This document shows positions 9,006 through 18,595 of a DNA stretch of 64,000 nt, one piece after another. The notes beneath the pieces are model-generated. The model ran no database searches. It was not told where the DNA came from and was given only the letters and a program-made list of their open reading frames with translations. Location: the NCBI GenBank assembly GCA_963767005.1, contig CAVYCN010000004.1:288001-352000 (forward strand), in the 5' to 3' direction. This stretch comes from an uncultured Actinomycetes bacterium (lineage in GTDB: Bacteria > Actinomycetota > Thermoleophilia > UBA2241). The position numbers and the translations under genes were made by a program. The first letter of the stretch is position 1. Each line of letters opens with the position of its first letter.

Positions 9006-10701
9006 ATGGGCGACCCGATGCGGATGAACGACGAGCGGTCCGGACGGCGGCCGTTGCGGGTGGTGAGCGGCCGGCCGCGCCGCAGCGCGCGACGCGCAGC
9101 CCAGGTCCGACGCCGCCGGTTCGTCGCGCTCACCGTCATCGTGCTCGGGGGCCGGCGTGCTGTTCGCGAGCGGCGCTCTGCGGGCCGGCGCGGCGACGCC
9201 GCCGGGCGCCGGCGCGACGCTCGCCTCGATCGCCGGCACGACGACCGGCGACGTGTTCGACCAGCCCTCGGTGACGGCCAACGACGCGACGGCGAGCGGC
9301 GGCCGCCGCTCGTCCGACCTGGCGTTCCGTGACGGTGCGGCCAGCGTCAGCTCGACCCTGGTAGGTAGCGCGCTCCACTCCGAGAGCGATGTCTCTCTCA
9401 GCGACGTCAGCCTGCTGGGCGGCGTCGTCACGGCCGATGCCGTCGAGCTCGTGGCCACGGCCGACGCGAGCGCGCACTCGGCCGACGCCGGCATCGACGG
9501 CAGCTACGTGAGCGGCCTCTCGTCGACGGTCAGCCGGTGAGCGACGAGGAGCTTTCCGGCCCCATCGCCGTGCCCGATGTCGGCACCCTGACAGTGCTCA
9601 GCGCCGCCATCGACGCGAGCGCGCCGTCGCCGAGCGCGACCATCACCGGCCTTACGCTCGTGCTCGATCAGCAGGTCGACGGCCTGCCGGCCGGCAGCGT
9701 CGTCACGGTCGGCAGCGCGGTCGCGTCGGCCGACGCCGCTACCGCCGGCGAGCTGATCAAGATCGCGGCCGAGACGACCGGCCCCACGCCCTTGCCGGCG
9801 CCGACGCCCACCCCCAGCGCGGCGTCCACGTCGAAGGCCAAGCACTCACCCAGCGGCTCGACCGGGAGCGGCGGCTCGGCGACGGGCTCCTCGGGTGGCA
9901 GCGGCGGATCGGTCACCTCGATGCCGGCGCCGTCGGCGCCCAGCAAGGCGGTGCTCGACCGGTTCCCCGGGGCGGTGTTCCCGGTGCGCGGGCACGGTCG
10001 AGTTCACCGACACGTTCGGCGCCTACCGCGCAGACATAAAGGGGCACCGCCACGAGGGCAACGATCTCTTCGCGAAGATGGGCACGCCGATCGTCGCGGT
10101 GCTGGCCGGCACCATCGAGTACAGCACCTACGGGATCGGCGGCAACAACGCCCGCCTGACCGACGCGGCCGGCGACTACTTCTACTACGCACACATGGAG
10201 CGCTTCGCGGCAGGCCTGAAGACGGGGGACCATGTGGCCAAGGGACAGGTGATCGGCTACGTGGGTGAGACCGGCGACGCCGCCGGCACGTCGCCCCATT
10301 GCCACTTCGAGATCCACCCCGGCGGCGGCGCGGCGATCGACCCCTACCCCTACCTGCAGGCCTGGCGCGCCGCCGGCGCCGGGATCGGTCCCATCGACGC
10401 GACGACGCCGGTGGCCACCATCGTGGCGGCCGGCGTCGGCATCCCGCTCGCCGAGATCCTCGCCCGCCGGGGCGTGCTCGCCGTCGAGGCGAGCACGGCG
10501 CTCGCCGGCGGGCGCCGCGTCGTGCCGCGCGACGAGCCGGCCGGGGGCGTGCTCGAGCTGGTCCTGGCCGTGTCGTCGCTGGGCGGTGTCGCCGCGCTGC
10601 GGCGCCTGCGCGCGCCGGCGCTCCCCGAGCTGCTCGCCGAGCACGAGACCGTCGTGCGGCGCACCGTCGTGATCGCCGAACGCTCGCTCACGAAGTCTTA
10701 A
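9006..10701 (+). pseudogene. M23-family metallopeptidase with N-terminal TM and beta-rich domain, split by three frameshifts (pseudogene or sequencing error)
   Basis: Pieces in ORFs 8934.., 9157.., 9537.., 9895.. join into one protein; HEGND, YYAHM, GQVIGYVG.TG, HCHFE and IDPYPYL M23 motifs intact; shifts near 9147 (G5), 9520 and 9990. Confidence 0.75.
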
Positions 10702-10718
10702 CGTTTCGTCGCTATACT
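10686..10718 (+). promoter_or_regulatory. Pho-box-type autoregulatory promoter of phoB-phoR
   Basis: GCTCAC 10686, CTTAAC 10697, then 10 bp, then TATACT 10713-10718. Confidence 0.75.
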
Positions 10719-10760
10719 GCGGCTGCATCGCGTCAGGGGACGCAAGGAACGAGGGGTGCG

Positions 10761-11465
10761 ATGGCCAAGGAATCGATCCTCGTCGTCGACGACGAGCGTG
10801 AGATCCTCGAGCTGGTCAAGTACAACCTGACCAAGGAAGGCTACAACGTGGTGTGCGTCGAGACGGGCGAGGACGCCCTGAGCGCCGCGCGCCTCAAGCT
10901 GCCCGACCTGGTCCTGCTCGACCTCATGCTGCCCGGCGTCGACGGCCTCGAGGTGTGCCGCAAGCTCAAGGCCGACCCCAAGACGCAGGAGATCCCGGTC
11001 GTCATGCTGACCGCGAAGGGCGGCGAGGCCGACATCGTGGCCGGCCTCGAGCTGGGCGCCGACGACTACGTCACCAAACCCTTCAGCCCGCGTGTGCTCA
11101 CGGCGCGCATCAAGGCCGTGCTGCGGCGCGACCAGACCGAGGACGGCGACGGCCAGTCGACCGTCAAGATCAAGGACCTCGTCATCCACCCCGGTCGACA
11201 CCAGGTGCTCGTCGCCGAGCGGCCCGTCGACCTCACCGCGTCGGAGTTTCGCATCCTGCTGTTCATGGCGCGCAAGCCGGGCTGGGTGTTCACGCGTCAG
11301 CAGATCGTCGACGCCGCACAGGGCGATGACGTCTACGTCAACGAGCGCTTCGTTACCGACCGCTCGGTCGACGTGCACATCGTCTCGCTGCGCCGCAAGC
11401 TCGGACCGTGCGGCGGCTACATCGACACGGTCAGGGGTGTAGGCTACCGGCTCAAGGACGAGTGA
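10761..11465 (+). CDS. phoB: OmpR/PhoB-family response regulator (PhoB/PhoP)
   Basis: ILVVDDE, LLDLMLPG, GADDYVTKPFS, RSVDVHI..LRRKL and TVRGVGYR; next to phoR and pst. Confidence 0.9.
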   Translation: MAKESILVVDDEREILELVKYNLTKEGYNVVCVETGEDALSAARLKLPDLVLLDLMLPGVDGLEVCRKLKADPKTQEIPVVMLTAKGGEADIVAGLELGADDYVTKPFSPRVLTARIKAVLRRDQTEDGDGQSTVKIKDLVIHPGRHQVLVAERPVDLTASEFRILLFMARKPGWVFTRQQIVDAAQGDDVYVNERFVTDRSVDVHIVSLRRKLGPCGGYIDTVRGVGYRLKDE

Positions 11466-11503
11466 GCGGCAAGGCCGCCTGACAGGCGGCGACGATCGCA
11501 CCC

Positions 11504-13312
11504 ATGCGCCACACTCCGCTGTTCTGGAAGCTGTATCTGACCTACCTCGTCGCCGTCGCGCTGTGCGCCGGCGTCGTAGGCTGGTTCGCGGTCGGCACCG
11601 CCTCCGATCTCTACCACCAGCAGGCGGTGAGCGACCTCCACTCGCGCGCCGAGCTCGCCGCGGGCCAGCTCTCGCCGCTGCTCGAGCACCCGCTGCAGCT
11701 GCAGACGCTGGTCCGGCAGCTCGGCTCGAGCGCCGACACGCGCCTCACCGTGATCGCCGGCCCGGCGAGCACCGTGGGCGTCGAAGGCAAGGTGCTCGGC
11801 GACTCCGAGCACGACCCCGCCACCATGGCCAATCACGACACATCCGACCGGACCGAGGTGCTCGCGGCGCTGGACGGCACCGTGGGCGAGAGCGTGCGGC
11901 GCAGCGACACGCTCGGCATCCGCATGTTCTACGTGGCCGTGCCCGTCTTCGACGCCGGCCACCACGTCGAAGCGGTCGTGCGCACGGCGCTGCCGGTGTC
12001 GCAGGTCAACAGCAAGCTCAGCGTGATGCGCGGTCGCATCATCCTCGGCGCGCTGATCGTCGCCCTCGCCATGGCGCTGCTCGGCTACCTCGTGTCGCGT
12101 GGCATCTCCGGTCGCATGCGGGCGATCAAGCGCGGTGCCGAACGCTTCGCCGCCGGCGACTTCGGTCACGAGATCCACGTCACCGATCTCGACGAGATCG
12201 GTGAGGTGGCGACGGGCCTGAACGCCATGGGGCGGCAACTGTCCGAGACGATCCGCGCGATCACCGAGGAGCGCAACGAGCGTGAGGCGGTGCTCAGCGC
12301 CATGACCGAGGGTGTGCTCGCGGTCGACGGACAGGAGCGCGTGATCACGATCAACGCTGCCGGCGCCGGCCTCCTGGGCGTGACGCCTGAACAGGCCCAT
12401 GGCCGCAGCATCCCGGAGGTCGTGCGCAACCCCGAGCTCCAGGCCTTCGTGGCCGCCGTGCTGGCCGGGACGGAGCCCATGGAGGACCACATCGTGCTGC
12501 ACGGCGACGAGGAGCCGCGCGAGCTGCGCGTGCACGGCGACCAGCTGCGGGACAGCGACGGCGAGACCGACGGCGAGGGTCGCGGCGCCGTCATCGTGCT
12601 GAGCGACATCACCCGCATGCGGCGCTACGAGGCGGTGCGCCGCGACTTCGTGGCCAACGTCTCGCACGAGATCAAGACGCCGGTCACCACCATCAAGGGC
12701 TTCGCCGAGACCCTGCTCGACGGCGCGCTCGACGATCGTGCCGACGCCGAGCGGTTCCTGCGCATCATCGTCGGGCAGGCCGACCGCCTGAGCGCCATCA
12801 TCGAGGACCTCCTCAGCCTTTCGAGCCTCGAGGGCGGTCCCGACGACGTCGCGATCACGCTCGAGCGGGGCAGTATCCGCGACGTGCTGCAGGTCGCCCT
12901 CGACGTCTGCGAGATGAAGGCGACGGCACGCGACATCCGGCTCGAGCTCGACTGCCCCGACGATCTGTTCGCCGACATCAACGCGCCGCTGCTCGAGCAG
13001 GCCGTGGTCAATCTCGTCGACAACGCGGTGAAGTACAGCCCCGAGGGCTCGACCGTGGCCGTCTCGGCGGGGATCGAGGCGGCCGGCCTGTCGATCAAGG
13101 TCGAGGATACCGGGCGGGGCATCGGTCGCGACCACCTCTCCCGCCTGTTCGAGCGGTTCTACCGGGTCGACAAGGCGCGCAGCCGCGACATGGGCGGCAC
13201 AGGCCTCGGCCTCGCGATCGTCAAGCACATCGCCGCGGCCCACAGCGGCTGGGTGGCCGTCGAGAGCACACCCGGCGCGGGCAGCACGTTCACCATCACG
13301 CTGCCCGTCTGA
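11504..13312 (+). CDS. phoR: Phosphate regulon sensor histidine kinase (TM-HAMP-PAS-HisKA-HATPase)
   Basis: RRDFVANVSHEIKTP H-box, NLVDNAVKY and FERFYRVDKARSR.MGGTGLGLAIVKH. Confidence 0.92.
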   Translation: MRHTPLFWKLYLTYLVAVALCAGVVGWFAVGTASDLYHQQAVSDLHSRAELAAGQLSPLLEHPLQLQTLVRQLGSSADTRLTVIAGPASTVGVEGKVLGDSEHDPATMANHDTSDRTEVLAALDGTVGESVRRSDTLGIRMFYVAVPVFDAGHHVEAVVRTALPVSQVNSKLSVMRGRIILGALIVALAMALLGYLVSRGISGRMRAIKRGAERFAAGDFGHEIHVTDLDEIGEVATGLNAMGRQLSETIRAITEERNEREAVLSAMTEGVLAVDGQERVITINAAGAGLLGVTPEQAHGRSIPEVVRNPELQAFVAAVLAGTEPMEDHIVLHGDEEPRELRVHGDQLRDSDGETDGEGRGAVIVLSDITRMRRYEAVRRDFVANVSHEIKTPVTTIKGFAETLLDGALDDRADAERFLRIIVGQADRLSAIIEDLLSLSSLEGGPDDVAITLERGSIRDVLQVALDVCEMKATARDIRLELDCPDDLFADINAPLLEQAVVNLVDNAVKYSPEGSTVAVSAGIEAAGLSIKVEDTGRGIGRDHLSRLFERFYRVDKARSRDMGGTGLGLAIVKHIAAAHSGWVAVESTPGAGSTFTITLPV

Positions 13313-13582
13313 GGCGAGCGCCCGGCGGGTGCGCGCGGGGCCGCTCGCGAGGCGTCGACACCCGGCCGTGCGCGGGGATGGTGCGGCTGGCAGGAGGGCT
13401 CCGCTACCAAGGACAGACCGGGCGGCCGCTTTCGCGGCCGCCCGGCAGGGGCTGTCTAGATCCGGCGCTCGTCCGGGCTTTCGTCGGAGCCCGGGGGCAC
13501 CGACTGTTAGTCGGGCATGGGGTCCGCCAGGGAAGGGGAGCCCGCCTCGGACGTTCGCGGCTAGCCCCCTACTTGATGCCCG

Positions 13583-14650
13583 TCACCAGCAGGGCTTGCT
13601 GCCGGCCTTGATGCTGGAGTGCCAGACCTTCTCGATCGCCGTGATCGCCTTGCTCGGCAGCGGCACGAAGGTGAGCTTCTTGGTGTCGCTGACGCCCGTG
13701 CTGCTCTTGAGCGCCCAGTTGAAGAAGGTGAGCATGGCGTGCGCGTTCGCGTAGCTCGACTGGCTGCGGCGCACGAGGATGTACGTCTCGCCCGTGATCG
13801 GCCAGGCCGTCGTGCCCTTCATGTTCTCGAGGTTGGTGGCGAAGCCGTTCGTCCACGTGTACGAGGCGTGAGAACCGGCGGCGGCGAAGCTCTTCTCCGA
13901 CGGCTGGACCCAAGCACTCGAGGCGTTCTTCATCTGCGCGTAGGCGATGTGGTAGTTGACGGCCCAGCTGTACTCGTCGTAGCCGATCGAGTACGGCCTG
14001 GTCTTGACCGCGTTGGCCACGCCCGACGACTTGGCATAGCCAAGGCCGGTGGGCCAGCTGATCAGCATGCCCTGCTTGGTCCAGCCCGAGTAGGCCTTCT
14101 TGAGGTACATGGTGAAGATGTAGGTCGTGCCCGACTTGTCGGAGCGGTGAATGACCGTGATGGGCTTGGCCGGGAGGGTCAGGCCCGGGTTGATCGCCTT
14201 GATGCGACTGTCGTTCCACTTGGTGATCTTGCCCAGGTAGATCTGCGCCAGGACGGCGCCGGTGAGCTTCAGCTTGCCGGTCTTGGCGCCCATGTTGACG
14301 ATGGGCACGATCCCCTCGATGCACGAGGGAAACTGGACCAGCTGAGGCGACCCGTTCAGCGTTGGCGGGGTCCCGCCGGAGCGCGCCAGGGGCTGGTCGC
14401 TCGCGCCGAAGTTCACGGTGCCGGCCTCGATGGCGTTGATGCCCGCGCCCGAGCCGACTCCCTCGTAGATGACCTTGGCCGTCTTGGTGTAGTTGGAGGC
14501 CCACTGCTGGTAGAGGATCTGGGGCGCAGTCGCGCCGGCGCCGGTGATCGTCGGCACGGCGAAGGCCGCCGATGCGAAGACCAGCATGGCAAGCCCGACA
14601 CCGAGAGCGATGCCGCCTCGCACAGGCCATGATCTTGCCGATAGTCTCAT
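13583..14650 (-). CDS. pstS: Second phosphate-binding protein PstS (signal peptidase I type, no lipobox, Lys-rich)
   Basis: GAGAT, GVGSGAG, FGASD, HRSDKSGTT and WPITG PstS motifs; AFA signal cleavage site. Confidence 0.88.
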   Translation of the reverse strand: MRLSARSWPVRGGIALGVGLAMLVFASAAFAVPTITGAGATAPQILYQQWASNYTKTAKVIYEGVGSGAGINAIEAGTVNFGASDQPLARSGGTPPTLNGSPQLVQFPSCIEGIVPIVNMGAKTGKLKLTGAVLAQIYLGKITKWNDSRIKAINPGLTLPAKPITVIHRSDKSGTTYIFTMYLKKAYSGWTKQGMLISWPTGLGYAKSSGVANAVKTRPYSIGYDEYSWAVNYHIAYAQMKNASSAWVQPSEKSFAAAGSHASYTWTNGFATNLENMKGTTAWPITGETYILVRRSQSSYANAHAMLTFFNWALKSSTGVSDTKKLTFVPLPSKAITAIEKVWHSSIKAGSKPCW

Positions 14651-14710
14651 CCTTCTCTCTCCTTTGCTCTGGTCCCGCGCCCTTGTGCGCGGCTCCGACT
14701 AACGCAGCCG

Positions 14711-14754
14711 ACTGTAGAGAGCCGACGTGAGCCGGCAGTGAGGGGCCGGTGAGC
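14711..14754 (-). promoter_or_regulatory. Pho-box-type promoter of second pstS
   Basis: Minus-strand GCTCAC (14749-54), CCTCAC (14738-43), GCTCAC (14727-32), then 10 bp, then TACAGT (14711-16). Confidence 0.82.
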
Positions 14755-14876
14755 GATGCGATAGATGTCCGTTGCGGCGTCGTGGCGGCTCGATGTGCGG
14801 GACGTTAAGTCCCTGCGTGGTGGGGGCGAGGATGGGACCGCGCGTGGCATGGCAGGCGGCGGGAGCCGCGCCTCAA

Positions 14877-14922
14877 GCAAAGAGACGGCGGGCCCGCGTA
14901 CGCGGGCCCGCCGTCTCTTTGC
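14877..14922. terminator. 46-bp perfect palindrome, probable terminator of the IPT/TIG gene
   Basis: GCAAAGAGACGGCGGGCCCGCGT|ACGCGGGCCCGCCGTCTCTTTGC, ~40 bp after the stop at 14961. Confidence 0.7.
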
Positions 14923-14960
14923 GATCCCGCGTCCGGCCTGCCGGACGCGGGAGTCTCGCC

Positions 14961-15956
14961 TCAGTTGGTGTAGTCGAACTCGTCGACCGGCGCGTTTGCC
15001 GTGCTCTGACCGGAGGCGTTGGTGACGAGAACATCCGCTGTGCCACTGCCGGCCGGCACGACGGCCGTGATGGTCCCGTCATCGACGACGGTGACGTCGG
15101 TGGCGGGGGTCGAGTCGAAGTCGACCTCGGTCGTGCCCGTGAAGTTGCTGCCCGCGATCGTGACGCTGTCGCCGGCCACGCCGGTGGCGGCGCCGGTGAC
15201 GGGATCCTTCGTGTTGGTGGTGGTATCGGTGACGCTCGTCACCTTCGGGAGCGACGACGTCGACGGTACGGTGAAGGTGTACCCGGCGTACATCGACGGC
15301 AGCGCCCACCCCGCCGGGGTCAGGACCGACACGTACAAGGAGGTGTTGGTGTTCGGGACCAGTGGCGTGTAGGCCGGAGAGGTGGCTGTGATCGTCGTGT
15401 CATTGACGACGGTGACGTTGGTGGCCGGGTCGAGGCCGAACCAGACGGCGGTCGCGCCCGTGAAGTAGGTGCCGGTGATCGTCACGGCCGTGCCACCGGT
15501 CATCGGGCCCGAAGTCGGGGCCACGAGCGTGATGTTCGGCAAGGGCAGGCGGTAGGTGTAACGTGCGGCCTTCGCTGCAGCGCTCATGGCGCCGGACTTG
15601 CCGACGACCCGCACCAGGACGGCGCCGGTGGCGTGGCTCGGTGCCATGACCGTGATCTTCCCCGCCGAGACCACGTGCACGTGGCTCGCGGCCTTGGTGC
15701 CGAAGAGGACCTTCTTGACCGCGCTCTTGCCGCCGCTCATGAAGTTCTTGCCGGTGATGGTGACCGTGTTGCCGCCGGTGGTCGGGCCGCTCGCCGCGCG
15801 GACGTGGGTCACGACCGGGCCGGCCGCCGCGAAGGCCAGGCCGGCCGAGGCCAGGCTGACGATCGCCAGCGCGACGAGCGCGAGCGTCAGCAGGCAGAGC
15901 GCGACCGGCCGCGCGCGTCGAGCCGATGGATGGAGTGTGCCGTTGCGTGTCCTCAT
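14961..15956 (-). CDS. Secreted protein with three IPT/TIG (Ig-like) domains
   Basis: Signal peptide; three repeats of P.VT.V...SGP..GG..VTITG.NF.....V.FG......VV....IT...P. Confidence 0.85.
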   Translation of the reverse strand: MRTRNGTLHPSARRARPVALCLLTLALVALAIVSLASAGLAFAAAGPVVTHVRAASGPTTGGNTVTITGKNFMSGGKSAVKKVLFGTKAASHVHVVSAGKITVMAPSHATGAVLVRVVGKSGAMSAAAKAARYTYRLPLPNITLVAPTSGPMTGGTAVTITGTYFTGATAVWFGLDPATNVTVVNDTTITATSPAYTPLVPNTNTSLYVSVLTPAGWALPSMYAGYTFTVPSTSSLPKVTSVTDTTTNTKDPVTGAATGVAGDSVTIAGSNFTGTTEVDFDSTPATDVTVVDDGTITAVVPAGSGTADVLVTNASGQSTANAPVDEFDYTN

Positions 15957-16058
15957 CTTCTTCCCTTCGTGTTGCCCTCGCGCTTGGTGCGCCCCTCGGC
16001 TAGGCGCGCGACGAGGCCGGCCAGCGGCAACGACGTCGCGTCAGGGCCTAGCGCGCTG

Positions 16059-16102
16059 ACTCTAGTGAGTCGATGTGAACCGGACGTGAGCGCCGTATGA
16101 GT
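16059..16102 (-). promoter_or_regulatory. Pho-box-type promoter of IPT/TIG gene
   Basis: Minus-strand ACTCAT (16097-102), GCTCAC (16086-91), GTTCAC (16075-80), then 10 bp, then TAGAGT (16059-64). Confidence 0.8.
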
Positions 16103-16255
16103 TGCCGGCCATCGGCGCGTTGACGCCGCGCGAGGAAGACGTGAGCGCTCCGTTTCGGCGAGGCCAACTACGCTGCCAACACGGCCCGTGGAGAGGTGGT
16201 CGGCGGCGACCGGCTGGGGCCCTTATCGGCACGGCGGCCCGGCACGTGGCCGGCC

Positions 16256-16310
16256 GCTCACGGCAAAAACACCGGTCGCTAACAGGGCGCTAACCCGGCG
16301 ACGGTAACTT
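16256..16310 (+). promoter_or_regulatory. Pho-box promoter of pstSCAB-phoU
   Basis: GCTCAC 16256, AAACAC 16267, GCTAAC 16278, GCTAAC 16289, then 10 bp, then TAACTT 16305-16310. Confidence 0.85.
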
Positions 16311-16365
16311 CTCGCCCGGTGGCCGACGGCTGCCATCGTCCAGGGAAGGGACAAGGAGACCGTTG

Positions 16366-17472
16366 ATGAAGAGATCGAGAAGGTTCTGGTACGCAGTGGC
16401 CTTGGGTCTGGTCGCTCTTGTGGCGGCGGTCGCGCTCGCCGCCTGCGGCAACTCGAACTCGGGCACGTCGAGCAGCTCGAGCCCGTCGTCGGGCTCGGGT
16501 GGTGGCAGCAGCCTGCTCGGCTCTGGCTCGACCTTCGCCCAGCCGCTGTATTCGGCGTGGGCCCAGACCTACCAGGGCGTCGCGGGCGTCAAGCTGAACT
16601 ACCAGGGCGTGGGTTCGGGCACCGGCATCGCCAACATCGAGGCCAAGACGGTGCAGTTCGGCGCCACCGACGCGCCGCTCACCGAATCCGATCTGCAGAG
16701 CAACTCGCTCGTACAGTTCCCGACGGCCGTGGGCGGCACGGTGGTGATCGTCAATCTGAGCGACGTGCCGAACGGCAAGCTCGTGCTGAACGGTCCCACG
16801 CTCGCCAACATCTACCTCGGCAAGATCACCAAGTGGAACGACGCGGCGATCAAGGCCCTGAACCCCGGACTGACCCTGCCGTCGACCGCCATCCACGTGG
16901 TGCATCGCTCCGACAGCTCGGGCACGTCGTGGATCTTCACGAGCTACCTCTCCGCGGTGTCGCCCACGTGGAAGAGCCAGGTCGGCGCCGACAAGTCGCC
17001 CACCTGGCCGGTAGGGGCGGGCGGCGCCAAGAGCGCCGGCGTGGCCGCTCTCGTGGAGCAGATCAAGGGCTCGATCGGCTACGTCGAGTACTCGTACGCC
17101 AAGCAGAACGACATCAGCACCGCGCAGATGGTGAACGCTGCCGGCAAGACCCTCGTGCCGACACTGGCGGGCTTCGCGGCGGCCGCCAAGAACGCGACCT
17201 GGGACCCGAACCAGGGCTTCGCGCTGGCGATCGTCAACGAGTCCGGGGCGACCGCCTGGCCGATCACCGGCGCGACGTACGCCCTGGTGCAGAAGGACCA
17301 GCCCAGCGCCGCGACCGGCAAGATGATCCTCAAGTTCTTCGACTGGGGTTACAAGAACGGCGCCAGTCAGGCGCAGAGCCTGGACTACGTGCCGATCCCG
17401 GCCAGCGTCTACAGCGTGGTCGAGCAGCAGTGGTCACAGATCACGGCGGGCGGCAGCCCGGTGTGGCCGTGA
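16366..17472 (+). CDS. pstS: Phosphate ABC transporter substrate-binding lipoprotein PstS
   Basis: LAAC lipobox; GSGST, YQGVGSGTG, HRSDSSGTS and WPITGATY; AGGAG RBS. Confidence 0.95.
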   Translation: MKRSRRFWYAVALGLVALVAAVALAACGNSNSGTSSSSSPSSGSGGGSSLLGSGSTFAQPLYSAWAQTYQGVAGVKLNYQGVGSGTGIANIEAKTVQFGATDAPLTESDLQSNSLVQFPTAVGGTVVIVNLSDVPNGKLVLNGPTLANIYLGKITKWNDAAIKALNPGLTLPSTAIHVVHRSDSSGTSWIFTSYLSAVSPTWKSQVGADKSPTWPVGAGGAKSAGVAALVEQIKGSIGYVEYSYAKQNDISTAQMVNAAGKTLVPTLAGFAAAAKNATWDPNQGFALAIVNESGATAWPITGATYALVQKDQPSAATGKMILKFFDWGYKNGASQAQSLDYVPIPASVYSVVEQQWSQITAGGSPVWP

Positions 17473-17493
17473 TCTGATCGCACGCAGGCGGCG

Positions 17494-17527
17494 GCGGGCG
17501 GCGAAGCCCTTGGGCTTCGCCGCCCGC
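17494..17527 (+). other. GC-rich stem-loop between pstS and pstC (mRNA stabiliser or partial terminator)
   Basis: 16-bp arms GCGGGCGGCGAAGCCC / GGGCTTCGCCGCCCGC. Confidence 0.65.
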
Positions 17528-17571
17528 TCGTCGCGTTTCGGAGAACCGACGACTCACAGGCGGGTCCGGAG

Positions 17572-18564
17572 ATGAGTACAGTCGAGGCAGAGACAGGAAG
17601 ACAGCCGGGCGGGGCCGGCGCGCAGACCCACGCGCGGCGTCACCACTTCTCGTGGGGCGACCCGCTCTTTCGCTGGTTCACCGTCGCCTGCGCGGCGGCG
17701 GTGGCCCTCGCGATGGTCCTGCTCGTCGGGGTGCTGCTGAAGAACTCCTGGCTGGCGATCCACACGCTCGGCTTCAAACCCCTCACGCACGTCGCCTACG
17801 CGCCGCCGGACACCTATGGTGCCTGGTCGAGCCTCATCGGGACGTTCGTGACGACGATCATCGCCATGGTCATCGCGGTGCCGCTCGCCCTGGCCATCGC
17901 CCTGCTGCTGGTCGAGCTCGTGCACCCCATCGTGTCGCGGGTCGTCGGCACGACGATCGAGATGCTCGCGGCCGTGCCCAGCATCATCTTCGGCATGTGG
18001 GGCCTCTGGATCGTCGTCCCGCTCATGTACAACCACGTGGAGCCCTGGATCCAGGCGACCCCGCTCGGTCGGCTGGCGCTCTTCGGCGGCACGCCGTACG
18101 GCACCGACATCTTCACGGCGGGCGTCGTGCTCAGTCTCATGATCCTGCCGTTCGTCACTGCCGTCTCGCGCGACGTGCTGAAGATGGTGCCGACCGTCAC
18201 CAAGGAGGCGGGCTACGGCATGGGGTCGACCACCTGGGAAGTCATGCGCAAGGTCAGCATGCCGTACGCCCTGTCGGGCATCGCCGGCGCGGTGTTCCTG
18301 GGGCTCGGCCGGGCCCTCGGCGAGACCATGGCGGTGGCGCTGATCATCGGTGGCGGTTTCACCGGCTTCCCGCACAGCCTGTTCGCTCAGGGCACCACAG
18401 TGTCGGCCACGATCGCGCTCAACTTCGGTGACGCCACGTCGAAGCTCGAGACGAGCATGCTCATCGAGCTCGCGCTCATCCTGTTCGCCATCACCATGGT
18501 GTTCCAGGCGCTCGCTCAGCTCTGGCTGGCGCGCGCTCGCCGCATGTCGGGGAGCCGGGCATGA
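17572..18564 (+). CDS. pstC: Phosphate ABC transporter permease PstC
   Basis: IEMLAAVPSIIFGMWGL and LGLGRALGETMAV. Confidence 0.95.
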   Translation: MSTVEAETGRQPGGAGAQTHARRHHFSWGDPLFRWFTVACAAAVALAMVLLVGVLLKNSWLAIHTLGFKPLTHVAYAPPDTYGAWSSLIGTFVTTIIAMVIAVPLALAIALLLVELVHPIVSRVVGTTIEMLAAVPSIIFGMWGLWIVVPLMYNHVEPWIQATPLGRLALFGGTPYGTDIFTAGVVLSLMILPFVTAVSRDVLKMVPTVTKEAGYGMGSTTWEVMRKVSMPYALSGIAGAVFLGLGRALGETMAVALIIGGGFTGFPHSLFAQGTTVSATIALNFGDATSKLETSMLIELALILFAITMVFQALAQLWLARARRMSGSRA

Positions 18565-18595
18565 GCGCCGACAGCATAGGCTCCGCCGGCCTCCC

